Below are positions 50,369 to 61,802 of a stretch of 64,000 nt of DNA, one piece after another. Under the pieces are notes generated by a model. It made no database searches, had not been told where the DNA came from, and worked only from the letters and a program-made list of their open reading frames with translations. The position numbers and the translations under genes were made by a program. Position 1 is the first letter of the stretch, and every line of letters starts with the position of its first letter. The stretch covers positions 9,810-73,809 of the forward strand of contig NMRA01000999.1 in the NCBI GenBank assembly GCA_002633005.1, in the 5' to 3' direction. This DNA comes from Phoronis australis (taxonomy: Eukaryota; Animalia; Phoronida).

Positions 50369-53300
50369 CTAGAACATTAAATGTTAACAGGTATACTGCC
50401 GCACTTTTTTCTTAGTCTGCAAGTCTCAAAGAAAGCTTTTAAAAATTTTACAGGGCATTGGCGACATTCATCAAATTTTGTCAAAGTTATGGCAAAAAAT
50501 ACAGAGGGAAAATGAAAAGGAATCTTAGTCAGAAATTTCAATTCAAAATTTCGCAAAAACATTTCACCAAAAACATTTGTACGGGAACTTATTCCAATTC
50601 GAAACTAAGAGTGTATTTTATAAAATTCAGAAAATTTTCAAAAGCACAATATCTCAACTGACAAACAATATCCTGACCTCTGCATGTTAGTACAGGAAAG
50701 TTGCTGACACTGTTACCAAAGGAGCAGGTAAACCAACAACTCGCAAAAATGCAATTAGGTTCAACAAGTCGTCTTGTGTCTGGTTCAGTTGGATGAATGG
50801 TAATAACGTTACGGTGAGCGAAGAGGGTTCACCAACCTTCCTCTGGTGCTCTGTTTAATTCCAACGGATTCGTCCTTCATGTAGGTTTTTTTTAATTTTT
50901 GACACAACTAATTGCTTGCATAACCTTGAGAAAATGTTTTCAAGTCAAAAGCTAAAAACATGAGTCAATAAACTGGCAGCAATGTCCCGTCCTGCTACAG
51001 AATTGGCAAGCAAAACATTTGATAACTGAACATATTAATTCTTACAACTCACCTGGAGACTTACCTGGATTGATTAAGATAAGAGTTTTCAACGCCTCAA
51101 ATTCGTACTTGTTGACTTTTAATTTTTTCACTAGCTTCACAATACCCAGTATCCTGCTAATGACATCACCCATCTGGAGGTCATCGGCTAGAAAGAAATT
51201 TATATAGCATGGAGTCTACTGCTAGCAATCGACAACTCTTCTAACAACTTTAATTAGAAGAATAGAAATTCACGTCCAGTCTCTCTCTCATAAAACATGC
51301 CACTCAAATACCGAGCAATCCACGCAAATTAAACCCACTCATGACCATTTACTAATTCTTCCTTCAGTTACAGACAACAAGAAAATTGTTTTCTACAGAT
51401 ATTTCCAACTTCAAAACAAACCTTGATGCAAGTTGATTGTCTTTCCGAAAGAGATTTTGATCTCATCCACAGAGTCCATTGACCGCCAGATGGCGTTGAG
51501 AGTCAAGAGTTCGGACCAGGAGTGTTTCAACAGAGCAAGCTGGTCAGAAACCTATGAACATAGCATGCATAAGATAACAATTACTTAAACATTCTGTGTT
51601 TCATTAAACTGTGGATATGCAAATGCAGTACTAATTTAAAAACATCCCCAGAAATCATCCGAGAACCAGTTACCATAACAATCTCGCGAAAATCTTTTTG
51701 CGAGACTTTTTATGAATGAGTTTATGGTAATTGTTGCCCAAATGAAAAAGGCACAATTTTTATTTGTTCATTTCACTATCGAATAATAATTTCATGTAAA
51801 TATTTCAAATTACTAGGGGTTCTTATATGTTCTCAGTTGTAGTGTTTTCCCTAAACCAGCGATATATTTACATATTGTTTCTTTTAATGATTATAGTTGT
51901 ACATACAGTTCTCCAGGAAATCACAAGGTGGTACTGGCTACAAATTCAAACATTCACGGTTTTAATGAAGCATACCATCATTAAGTTTTATTTAAAGCAA
52001 AATGCATTATGCACCAGTAGACATTTTCCAAGTGTTAGTTATTAAGTGGACATTACAAGGTAACTAAACTTTGATGATGTCACAGTACTGTGTCGATGAT
52101 GTCACAGTATTGTGTTGATGATGTCACAGTATTGTGTTGATGATGTCACACTAATGTGTTGATGATGTTACAGTACTGCGTCGATGATGTCACACTACTA
52201 TGTTGATGTCATACTGTTGTGTTGATTTCCACAATTACGTCATCTCAGTAGTCTCACAAACATGGATTTCTCCAAAGCTCAAATTGGGTGTAAATTCAAT
52301 TAAATACCACAGCAACTTCAGCCACAGGTCTGGATTGCTGAAAACACATTCACTGCATGACACCTGTTTCGATATTAAATTACTTACAGAGAATGATGAA
52401 AACAATGGTAGTTGACGTGTCCACTTAACCATCTGCCTCAAACAATGCTCTGCCATGTGGAAAAGCGACGTCAACAGGTCATGGTCCGTCAACTTTTCTG
52501 GACTACCATCGCCATGGTTACCATCGCCTAGGAGGCTGGCACAGCTGGCTATGTCGGCTAGTAGCTTGGGAACTTCTGGTTCAGCTACGACTGGAAGCTG
52601 AAGGGAAGATAGGTGGCGCTTCAGTGACCATGAACAGTGGCATGTTATAACGTGTTAGTGGATTGTCAGCAGTGAAGGTGTATGCAGTGTTGAAAATCTG
52701 ACAAGATGCACTGTGACATTGTGTAAAGTACTCACATAACCAAGTTATAGACTATATAGTCTATTAACTATCACTAAGCCATAATTATATCCAAACATTT
52801 TTCATACACAGCCAATGGGTTACGTGCCAGTTAGATTTTCGGCTATGGGTTTTACAGCCTTAGTCAAACTAATGGTGTTGGGAGTGGATTGGACGTGTGA
52901 TGTCATCCGTATAGACTGCAGGGGCATCTGTTGGCCGTCTTGTCTGCTTTTAGTGCAGAGCATGGCCAATGAAGATGACAATCCACTCTCAATACCATTA
53001 GTTTGACAAAGGCTGTAGAACCCATAGTGAAAATGTTTACCGATAGGTAACTCATTCATTGTGTGTAAAGAACTTTTCAATATTATGTATCCGCCTGTTA
53101 CATGAACTTGTTTTGTGACTTACCACTTGAAGTCTTTAACAAAGAATATTCCTGCTATTCTCGATAACTCTTAAATGTTTATAACACTGCTAAATACACA
53201 AAACCAAGTTGGAGTCAACTATAAATTCTCAAAAATGACTTAAAGCGGCATCAAACCCATGCTAACTTTTCTTTCAAAAAGTTTTGATTTATGCCACATT

Positions 53301-56300
53301 ATAAAATTAAATTTATCCTGCTCCTTACTCAATTTAGAAGCGACCTCTGCATGAAGTTTGAAGAAACAATCTGCCAGTTCATACAAGCCCAGATATCACA
53401 CTTATTTTGACAAAGAAACAGTACGAGACCAATTCCACAGCAGAAAGTGGTCTAAACCAAAACATGTTTTTAGACAAAAAGCACAGGTTTAATGCCACTT
53501 TAAATAATTATGACCAAATTTAGAAACATTATAGAGCTTGGAATGACCAATGTCAAAAAAGAGGACATTTTTCATGTGATGTATTGTTCCACAAATGAAT
53601 AGGCTTGTGTGACAGCAATAATTTTGGTGCTCCAAAATTTAACAGAAATCAATGTTTTTGCACGTCTTGAATAAAGGAAATCAAATAAGAGGAAATCCCA
53701 ACCAAAAAGAGGAAATCCTCTTGTCTCATCTCTGACATAAAACTCTCCAACAAAAGGCTTAAAATCTGGAACCACAGAATGAATGGACTTGTTCAATTTA
53801 TACTCAGGTTGACCGGCCCAAAATCAGCCTTCGAATTGACTGAGATTTTGATTCAAGTGTGTTGTCGTAGTGTTTGGTCACATACAGAGGAGTCTGTTCA
53901 ACATTCATTGCCATCTTTAGGAATATCGTAAATTACACTTCAAACCACAAGTCCATGGATTCAATGCCTGGATGAAACAGTTATTAGAATTTCCCAGCAT
54001 GCTTGAGTTCTCACACGTGCAGCGACTACTCACCACACGAACACATATCTTGGAGCTCTTTGATTGGCTGGGAGTCATACTCGCATACTGACGCTTTTTG
54101 CTTGACGACTTGACGAGATTAAACTGGTTGGGCGTACCCTCGTAGGAACTGCGACCTCCCCTGTGTCGGTCAGCTCGGATAGCTATGATGAAGAGGGAAA
54201 ATGTACAGTGTTGTGTATCTGACAAACATGTAACTTCTGATAGATAAGCAACAAGCAGCAACCCCCTCTAGTGTAAAGCCAACCAGTCTATTTCAATTTG
54301 ACTGACAAGTTATATTGACATTCATATAACGATGCCAATTCCAACTGAGCTCTGTCTTCAGCGTTAATGACTTGTCAGTTATTCCCAACCCAGATTTCAA
54401 TTCTATCCAGTGGATAAGGTCAAGTTGAGACAACTAAGGGTGAACCAAACCACCATTTTCAAGTATGAAACGTTATTTTGGGATCAATAACCCCACTTCA
54501 GCTCTAGCAGATATTGTTACTGTAACCTTATTAGCGCTGGCTTGTTATAGGCTATCGCGTGTAATGTAGCGGCATAAACCACCAATAGCGCGTGCTTCGC
54601 GATACCATCGGGTCAACATAGTTCGCAATCTGTGCTCCACATTTGCACATTATTTTACGGAAATTCGCAACAGAGAGCTAGTCTGTTTGCAGTGAGCGCG
54701 AGGACATGGCTTTCAATCATGCTGTGGGACTTTTTATCTTTCCACGGAAGCCCTTGACAGGAAATGGCACAAGCTTGTGGTTGGCACTAAACAGTAGGAT
54801 AAGTCAGTCGAAGACAGCATGCTTGTGAACTCCTTGGTTTTTAGCGATTACATGTACTTCAGGCGATAGTAAGATGTGTTTTTGTCAAATTAAATTTAAA
54901 AAATTAAGATTTAAAATTGGTTGGTACATTTCCTTCAAGTAAATGAATCTTGGGTACTTTTGATTGCATCACGACATATATCCGGAAAAGTAATTTTGAG
55001 CATGTTGCAGCATTACACACTAATAACTTATAATATCAATAACCAAAAAATTTAAAAGGTGGCCACACCCCTGGCAGGCGGACACGCCACTGTCAGGAGG
55101 CCACGCCCCGGACAGGAGGCCACATTACTGACGGTTACCTGTCAGTTTCATGCCTGCCTGCAGGCACTTCTTGAGGCGACACGCGGGACATTTCTTCCTG
55201 GTCGACATGTTGATGTCACAATTGCCTGACTCGCAGTGGAACGTCCTTTGATTCTGCACAGATCGCTTGAAGAACCCTTTGCAGCTCTCGCAAGTGAATA
55301 TTCCATAATGGAAACCTGCAGAAAGCAAGCCACGAGTCAAGTATGATGAGATTACAAGCTCCAACATGCAATTAAGCATCTCTTTTCATCAACTACAACT
55401 CTACCACGCTTCCTTTTTCAGCGATGTTCTTAACATACGGTAGGCACCAAATTTACGAGTATTACGGTTCAAGATAGGCTTTAAAAGCCAATTCTAATCT
55501 CAGTAAGGAACAAATTAATACAGTTTTATACTTGTTAAAAGGTCTGAATCAAAGGTTAGTTTCCTTGACTACAAACTAGGTTTGTAATCTCTAAAACGAA
55601 AATTTTATACTATTTACTTATTCGAGGGAGAGAGATTGTTTAATATGTTGGACACCATAAAGCTACATTGTCTTAATGACTGTTCTTATTTGCTTCAAAA
55701 TACAGACACGAACTGCAATTTTAAGGAATTCTTTAATGTTTTACTGTCTCAGACATTCCTGTATTCAAACTAACCAGAAATAAAGTCACCGCAAATCGGA
55801 CACAACTCTGTCTCCTTGGCAACAAGCCCAGTGGGACTGCTACTGTCCTCGGACATGGCAACCACTTCTTCGTGCTCAGACGACAGGATGACGACCTGTT
55901 CTCCAACTTTCGACCCAGCGTTACCTCCCTGCTCTGTGTAAACAACGTTACCATCAGTGCTGTCGTCATGACGATCGGCATCATCCCCCTCACATATAAT
56001 ATAGTAACTGTCACCAGTATGAACCATTACATTGTTGTCCGATACTGGCCGAGGTTCGTCACATGCCATCTCCGAATCTTCATCTTGCAACTTGTTGCGA
56101 TTTCGGTACACGACCAACTGCTGTGGCTGATTAGAACAGGTCGAGCCATAGAAGATCACGCGAGGTACTTTGTCCGATCCCTCAGCACTAGTCTCCTCCT
56201 GCACAATGTAGATACTGCTAGAATCGGCTCCTGCGTGACCATCTGAGCCAGAAGACACAATCACTGTGTTATGCGCGGCTTGAGCGCCCAGAGAGGGATT

Positions 56301-56877
56301 TTTGGACGAAGCTGAAAGGAAAGGGGAGTTAAATATGTATCATTCTAAGCAATTCTTCCAGTCACTTAGTGCTCAAAAATTGTTACTGCTCTCAAAATTT
56401 TGCATAATCATGAAAGGAACAGATGAATATTAAGAAAAGCTAATTCTCAATTGAAATACACCTCGACATGAATGACACTCGTCATGACAACATCGGGTTG
56501 AACAGTCGATATGATCTGACAGATATATGTACATGAAGCTCAGCTGAGCTTGAACTGGTCAACTTTAGGTGGGCGTGGCCAGAGCTGTCATTTCCTGCAG
56601 CAGTTTTTGGAAACACAACGTATTGTCGAGGCAAGGAAAACCAAGACTGCATTCAAAAGGGTACAAGTAAGTGGCCTGGATTTGATTTCTTTTTAGAAGG
56701 GTGGACCACCCATTTTAAAATCACATTGAAGAAAAGGTTAATTCGGTGGTCAGAGGTTATGTCAATCGTCAGCACAGCATCAGCAAAGCCCTTACCTTTA
56801 CTAGTAGCCAGTGTTTGTGTGATAGCCTGCAGGAGAGCTGGAGATATGCCAGGATCACCCTGATCACTAGAAGCCAT
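50028..56877 (-). CDS. NR5B1: Nuclear receptor of subfamily 5, NR5B/HR39-like (FTZ-F1 family); at least 8 coding exons, ~582 aa
   Basis: Exons 56796-56877, 55775-56311, 55139-55315, 54034-54182, 52388-52597, 51422-51551, 51065-51187 and 50028-50368 are phase-consistent and total 1749 nt. DBD: [31 protein letters not shown]...[36 protein letters not shown]. The ESCKG P-box marks NR5; [17 protein letters not shown] and RGGRSxY are HR39-type rather than FTZ-F1-type. The LBD has [24 protein letters not shown] and AF-2 LLHECL. A possible 5'UTR exon donor lies at 57207. Confidence 0.88.
51065..51187 (-). CDS. NR5B1: NR5B LBD exon (helices 7-8)
   Basis: ctttctag acceptor, gtaagt donor; [19 protein letters not shown]. 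Confidence 0.92.
51422..51551 (-). CDS. NR5B1: NR5B LBD exon (helices 4-6)
   Basis: ttcatag acceptor, gtttgt donor; [25 protein letters not shown]. Confidence 0.92.
52071..52226. repeat. 22-bp minisatellite x~7 in an NR5B intron
   Basis: Unit ttgatgatgtcacagtactgtg, containing the palindrome cacagtactgtg. Confidence 0.92.
52388..52597 (-). CDS. NR5B1: NR5B LBD exon (helices 1-3)
   Basis: cccttcag acceptor, gtaagt donor; [11 protein letters not shown]...[15 protein letters not shown]. Confidence 0.88.
53244..53499. mobile_element. TTAA-flanked MITE, Kolobok-like
   Basis: ttaa|agcggcatcaaacc ... ggtttaatgccact|ttaa. A TTAA TSD with AG termini fits Kolobok rather than piggyBac. Confidence 0.7.
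54034..54182 (-). CDS. NR5B1: NR5B C-terminal extension and hinge exon
   Basis: catcatag acceptor, gtgagt donor; [16 protein letters not shown]. Confidence 0.9.
55139..55315 (-). CDS. NR5B1: NR5B DBD exon
   Basis: ttctgcag acceptor, gtaacc donor; C4 zinc fingers. Confidence 0.95.
55775..56311 (-). CDS. NR5B1: NR5B exon, acidic A/B domain and start of zinc finger 1
   Basis: cctttcag acceptor, gttagt donor; ends [13 protein letters not shown](G). Confidence 0.9.
56796..56877 (-). CDS. NR5B1: NR5B putative first coding exon ([10 protein letters not shown]...ATSK)
   Basis: ttattccag acceptor at 56884, G|gtaagg donor, phase 1. Confidence 0.7.
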
Positions 56878-58349
56878 CACATTCTGGAATAACAACACCT
56901 TAGTGACAAAACACCATGCACACAGGGTGTAGAAAAAAACTCAACAACTGTTGCTACTCCCAATGTAAAGTGGACCTTTGCTTAATTACAGTTGGCGGCA
57001 ATTCTTTATATACTTAGATTTTCCACAAAATATAAAGATTAACAAAAATTTAGTGAACATTATAAGATTTTAAGAGTATTTGATTTCACTATTGGCCAAC
57101 CTCAGCATTTATATAATGATTACAAGATTGCAAGGTTTGCCTCTGTCGCCAGCCGTCATTTTGAGGAATTTACAAGACTGAAGATATACAATACCCACCA
57201 AACTCACCTAAGGCTAGGGCTAGCTGTGATTAGTGCGTGCGCGTGGAGTTGCAATTTTTTGCGAAAATATTCTCATTTCCCAAAACATGCTTCATTGATG
57301 GTATGCACACAACCACAAAGAATTATTGGACAAACTAGACATTTGTATAACAGCCATTTGTAGTTTTATTCATACTGATGAGGTAAACAATAACACTTTT
57401 GTAAGCCCAATTTTGCCATATCCCTTGACGAGAGCAGTGTATAATTGGCCGTTTTTTGCAACTGAATGAGGAACTGTCTGAAAAAACTAGATTGTAGGAG
57501 TATTTATTCCAGCTGAGAAGAGTTAAAGACATCAACAGCCTTTTGAGTTGTCACTGTAGGAACAAAAGTTTACTTATAGCAACATAACTTTGATGATTTA
57601 ATCAGTGTGAGTCAGGTTTTGCTGAAAAGCTTCTGGCATATGGCGGGGAAGGCCACCGTCTCTACTGAACTCATAGGTGCTGCAAAAAAAATAAAACAGC
57701 AAACAGGAAATATTGAGTTCATTAATTAACACCGGTAACTAACATTATAGGGCTGAAACAAGATTTAACAATGTGTGCAGTTTTAGTTTGTGTGTGCGTG
57801 TGTGTGGGGTGGGGGCTCAGGCCCGATTTTAGGTGTCCTATTCAGACCATCGGCACAATTGTAATGGAACTATGGCTAAATAATGACGCTTCCGGTTGAT
57901 ATGTGCATGATATCCCAGGCAACCGGCAGAGGCGCAGCACACTACGTAACCACTCCGTGTCTGTCATCTGCTCCACTGTGCGTTAAGAAATATATTCCTT
58001 CATTTTTTTAAAGAAAACAGAATATGAGTGACGATGAAGAAACAGAAGCTGCTGGTAAGATATGAATTTTAATCGAAGCCTTAGTGAATCACTCAGAAAC
58101 TCAAAACTCATAATTCTCTCTTTGTCAAACACTAAAATTAAGACGATTTCCAAAGCAATCACATGGTTAATGCCAATCACGAAAAACGAATTTGATCTCT
58201 TGGCAACTGAAGACTGTTTTAAACATAAAAAAATTTGCTAGGAACTGGTTGCACCAAATATAAAGCGTGTAATAAGCATTATGAAAAGAAGTAGGTTAGT
58301 CTGCAAACGCTGTGGACCACTAAACAAGTACGTCTCTTAGTGTGAGTGG

Positions 58350-58422
58350 AAGCGTAATGGCGCAGTGGTAGAGCACGCACACTTTGGCAGATAGGTCATA
58401 AGTTGAAGTCTGTGGCATTACG
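58350..58422 (+). mobile_element. tRNA-derived SINE head or tRNA pseudogene
   Basis: A-box TGGCGCAGTGG, degenerate B-box AGTTGAAGTC, terminal pairing cgtaatg/cattacg. The T and anticodon arms do not fold cleanly. Confidence 0.55.
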
Positions 58423-59147
58423 AATCTCCAGTTTTACACTTTCTCAGTTTCTTTTTTCTTAATACTTCATAAATCAAGGAAAATGATTGTTTTTAGCGGC
58501 AAAAACTAAATTTTCTCCTGGGCGGCTTCCAAAATTCGACCTCCTCCCATTCCGCGCTACGCGCCTCTACAATTGTGCTTTGTTAGAAGACAAAATGTTG
58601 CCTCCCCCCTTATGATATCCTAGATCCACCTTCGCTACCACTAGAACTACTGGGCCTGCAGTGCAATGGGCCATTTGAGAATTGAGAAGGTGGCACTGTC
58701 TTCGTTTCGTTAGAGGTGCGCCATCAGGATTAAGAACATCCAAGGTGTTCATAGATCTACACTTTGGTATTTTAATCAGATTTAAGTGCAATTTTCAGAA
58801 TGTCTTCCAGCGGGCAGGGTGGGTTAGCAAGTTTTGTGCCTAGCCCAACCAGCCCGGCGAAGGCCAAGTGCCAATATCGCTCGGTAACGAAGAACACAAA
58901 TACCCCACTGTGAACCGTGGACGGTCAACGTTTTAAATCGACACGAAGGTAATAATATAATCGAACAACTTGAAACACAAACTGAACTTTCCTTACAGTT
59001 TTCTGGACCAATAGTTGCTGGGCAAAAGAGCCGAATAAACGCAGCCTCTGTAGAGAAAGTGTTGTTTTTAAGGAATACGACCCTGACCTTTCCACAAAAC
59101 ATGGAGGTGAAGGACAAATAATTGCTCCGTGTGATGGCAGCACATAA

Positions 59148-59209
59148 GGAACACCTCGGGTATTTACGTATGATCAAATTCGTGGTTACGGAAATACCCG
59201 AGGTGTTCC
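59148..59209. repeat. Near-perfect 23-bp inverted repeat with a 16-nt spacer
   Basis: ggaacacctcgggtatttacgta / tacggaaatacccgaggtgttcc, 22 of 23 positions complementary. Confidence 0.92.
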
Positions 59210-60082
59210 CGCCAGAAGGGCGGTGTAAAAAAAAACTCCCGAGGAAAATTAAGTGATACCTGCGTGCTGGCTACTGACCACCAAGCGCAGCGAACCTTCC
59301 TACAGAATCTTTTATAAAGAAGATACAAAAGACAAAAGCGCGGGGCTTTCGAAATTCGATTAACTGTACTTAAGATTTATTTGTGCAATGGAATGTGCAG
59401 TAGTGAAACTAAATGTTTATTATGAAATAGTCAGTGCAATAAATATACAGACCCAAGAGGCATTGTATCTGGGCTACATAAATACAAAGAAATGTATATA
59501 AAATTATGCACACAAATCAATGACATCAATAAATTGATGTTAAGATTACAATGGTATGTGATAAGGAATATAAATAAATCATTTTCATTACACAATAAGT
59601 TATTTTACATGTGTACAAAGGGATTTAATATCAAAAAGAAATTTGAAACTATTTCGAATAAAACCATAACGCGAAATGTTCTTGATAGAATCAAGGGTTA
59701 CAGGGACTACAAACTGGACACGCTTTTATCATCGATTTTGATAGTTTATTACCTAAACGGGTTGTAGGGGCAATAAACATGGTAAGTGCGGTCTGGAAAT
59801 GGAAGAAATTAATTTTGTTATACAAGAAAATATGATCCCAATTTTCAGTTAGTTTTACGTGAGGTGTGTGATTACCACAACCTGGAAAAAATATTCACAA
59901 AGTTACAAATTGGATCATGAGAGATTCCAGGGAAGGTGGTATTCTCTTCACATAGCAACTAGGGTTCGATAATATTCGTAATTTGTTTGAGGTACTTGAC
60001 TAGATTTCATATTGCTGTACAACTATGTACTGGTTGGGAGAATTAATAAATATTTCATTTAAAAAATATGAGCATTTGTCAG

Positions 60083-61250
60083 AGTATCACCACAGAAAAA
60101 AGTGAGTGATTTATATGGCTTTGTAAAAAATTACGAGGCCGCTCTAAACCTAGTAAAAGGTTTTGAAGTGGAGACGTCAACCAGATACGCAGCTGTCAAG
60201 AGCACTCGGAAATTTGGTGATGGTGAGTTTGAATACATGCCATTATTTATTGGTGGTTTTAAATTCGAATCAAAGATTTCGTCACAACTAGTTAGTTCAG
60301 TACTCAGTTTCAGTGTCCAAAACTCACGATATTAGCTTTCTCTCCTGATCCAGATTATAGTGTGAAAGTGTGTGTTCTATTAAATTTAGTGAGCTTTCAT
60401 TTTGTTTTATTGGTACCAAAACTGTGCACACTATTTTGTTATGATTCGGGTTTCCTACCTTGCCGGTGCGCGCATTTTTGGGCTCATGAGTAGTTTTGTA
60501 CGGACTTGTGTTTCGGTTGCTAGTGGCCCATGACGGCAGCCATACAGTTTTGCATAAGTGCCCCAGTCCAAGATTGTTGATAAAAGATATCCCTGTTTTC
60601 AAGTTGAACTACTCCGGCTGTCAGAACCCAAAAGAAGTTACACACCTGCATCGAATTCATATGCTGTAGAACAAAATTTTCTACTTTGTCTGACAGTTAA
60701 TACTACTCAAAACAGCAATTTTACCATTCCTGTAAAAAAGCAATAAACTGTTACTAATATGTATATTCCTTTCTTTCAGACAACCACAGTAACTTTACAG
60801 TCAGATTAAGATGATGGGCACCGGAAAACAGTTTTAAGATAAGCTTGGAGTGTAAGTGGGTTCAGAAGTATTGGAGTACCATCAAGGCCCAAACAGGCAA
60901 AAATTTAAAGAAAAATGGTATTGAATGCCAAGACATCTGAGTAACGTTCAGTAAATACAACAAATCAAGATCATAGATTCGGAAGTATTTGCGACATTTT
61001 GGCATGTAAGTGAAGTAGGTGACGACACATTCGTACAATCATGTTGTTGAAGCTAGATTCAAACGTAAAACAGCATCATGATTGTTTGCTAATGTAAATT
61101 CTTTCCCCGTCAATAAATCTAGAGCTCATTCTACAGGTATTACAGACTGACCACACATACAGACAGAATGTGCAGACCAAGTGAGTCACTGGATCGAAAA
61201 AATGAGGATGTGAAAAATCAATAAGCATGCAGGAAGTTGTTGCCCGAATA
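60083..61250 (+). pseudogene. Spliced pseudogene or transposon relic resembling the CARF (calcium-responsive transcription factor) DNA-binding region
   Basis: Three exon-like blocks with splice sites: ~60083-60222 (GFVKNYEAALNLVKGFEVETSTRYAAVKSTRKFGD|gtgagt), 60780-~60945 (VGSEVLEYHQGPNRQ) and 61137-~61250 (TDHTY...K*VTGSKK*GCEKSISMQEVV). In-frame stops and a frameshift are present. Confidence 0.55.
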
Positions 61251-61802
61251 ATTTGAATAAAACCTTTTGAAAAAAATCACCAGGATTTATGAACACGCAT
61301 TTTTCAAAATCTGAGTCTGTGATCCTAGAATCGGCGCCCGCGTAGAACGGCATTTAATGATGCTAAGAAAACCTTGCAGTTAAAGCGTAGAAGAAAAATT
61401 CAGTTTTCACCGCCAGTGAGTCCTCATGAAACACTTTTTTCACATCATGAATGGTCCACAATATGAATGAATTTCTTAGCCCACCATTTTCTTTCCTTGC
61501 CCAACGTTTCCCTCTTAGCTACTACTGCCTCTCTCCCCCTCTCTCAACCCACCTTATACAGTTATACTTGTGCTATGTAAATAACCGCGGCACCCAGAAG
61601 CGAACTGACACACGAATAAAGCTCACAGCCTTGATGTGAATTTGTAAGTCATCTATAGCCTTTTGTTATACTTTAGCGCCACATTGGGAACTCCATTGAA
61701 AAGAACCTGTTGATGTAGCTCGTTTGCTGGGGACCATTTCTGGTTTGCGCTCAGTAGGACTTGATCGCAACAGTTAACTGTGGTGGGCGTGGCCTAATTG
61801 TG

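Noticed and set aside
55872-56246. Plus-strand 124-aa ORF, and similar antisense ORFs at 8361-8609, 28104-28394 and 36696-37142
   Set aside because: These are shadows of real exons on the opposite strand, with no independent coding signal.
50028-56877. Calling the receptor FTZ-F1/NR5A (SF-1/LRH-1)
   Set aside because: It lacks GYHYGLLT, QRKRCPYCRF and the RGGRNKFGPMYKRDRA FTZ-F1 box. The diagnostic residues match HR39/NR5B.
58350-58422. Functional tRNA gene
   Set aside because: The B-box lacks TTC and the T and anticodon stems do not pair properly. Kept only as a SINE head or pseudogene.
59400-60010. Minus-strand LINE 3' remnant (an RCGNH-like peptide)
   Set aside because: Only one short motif, with no supporting zinc-knuckle or continuous frame.
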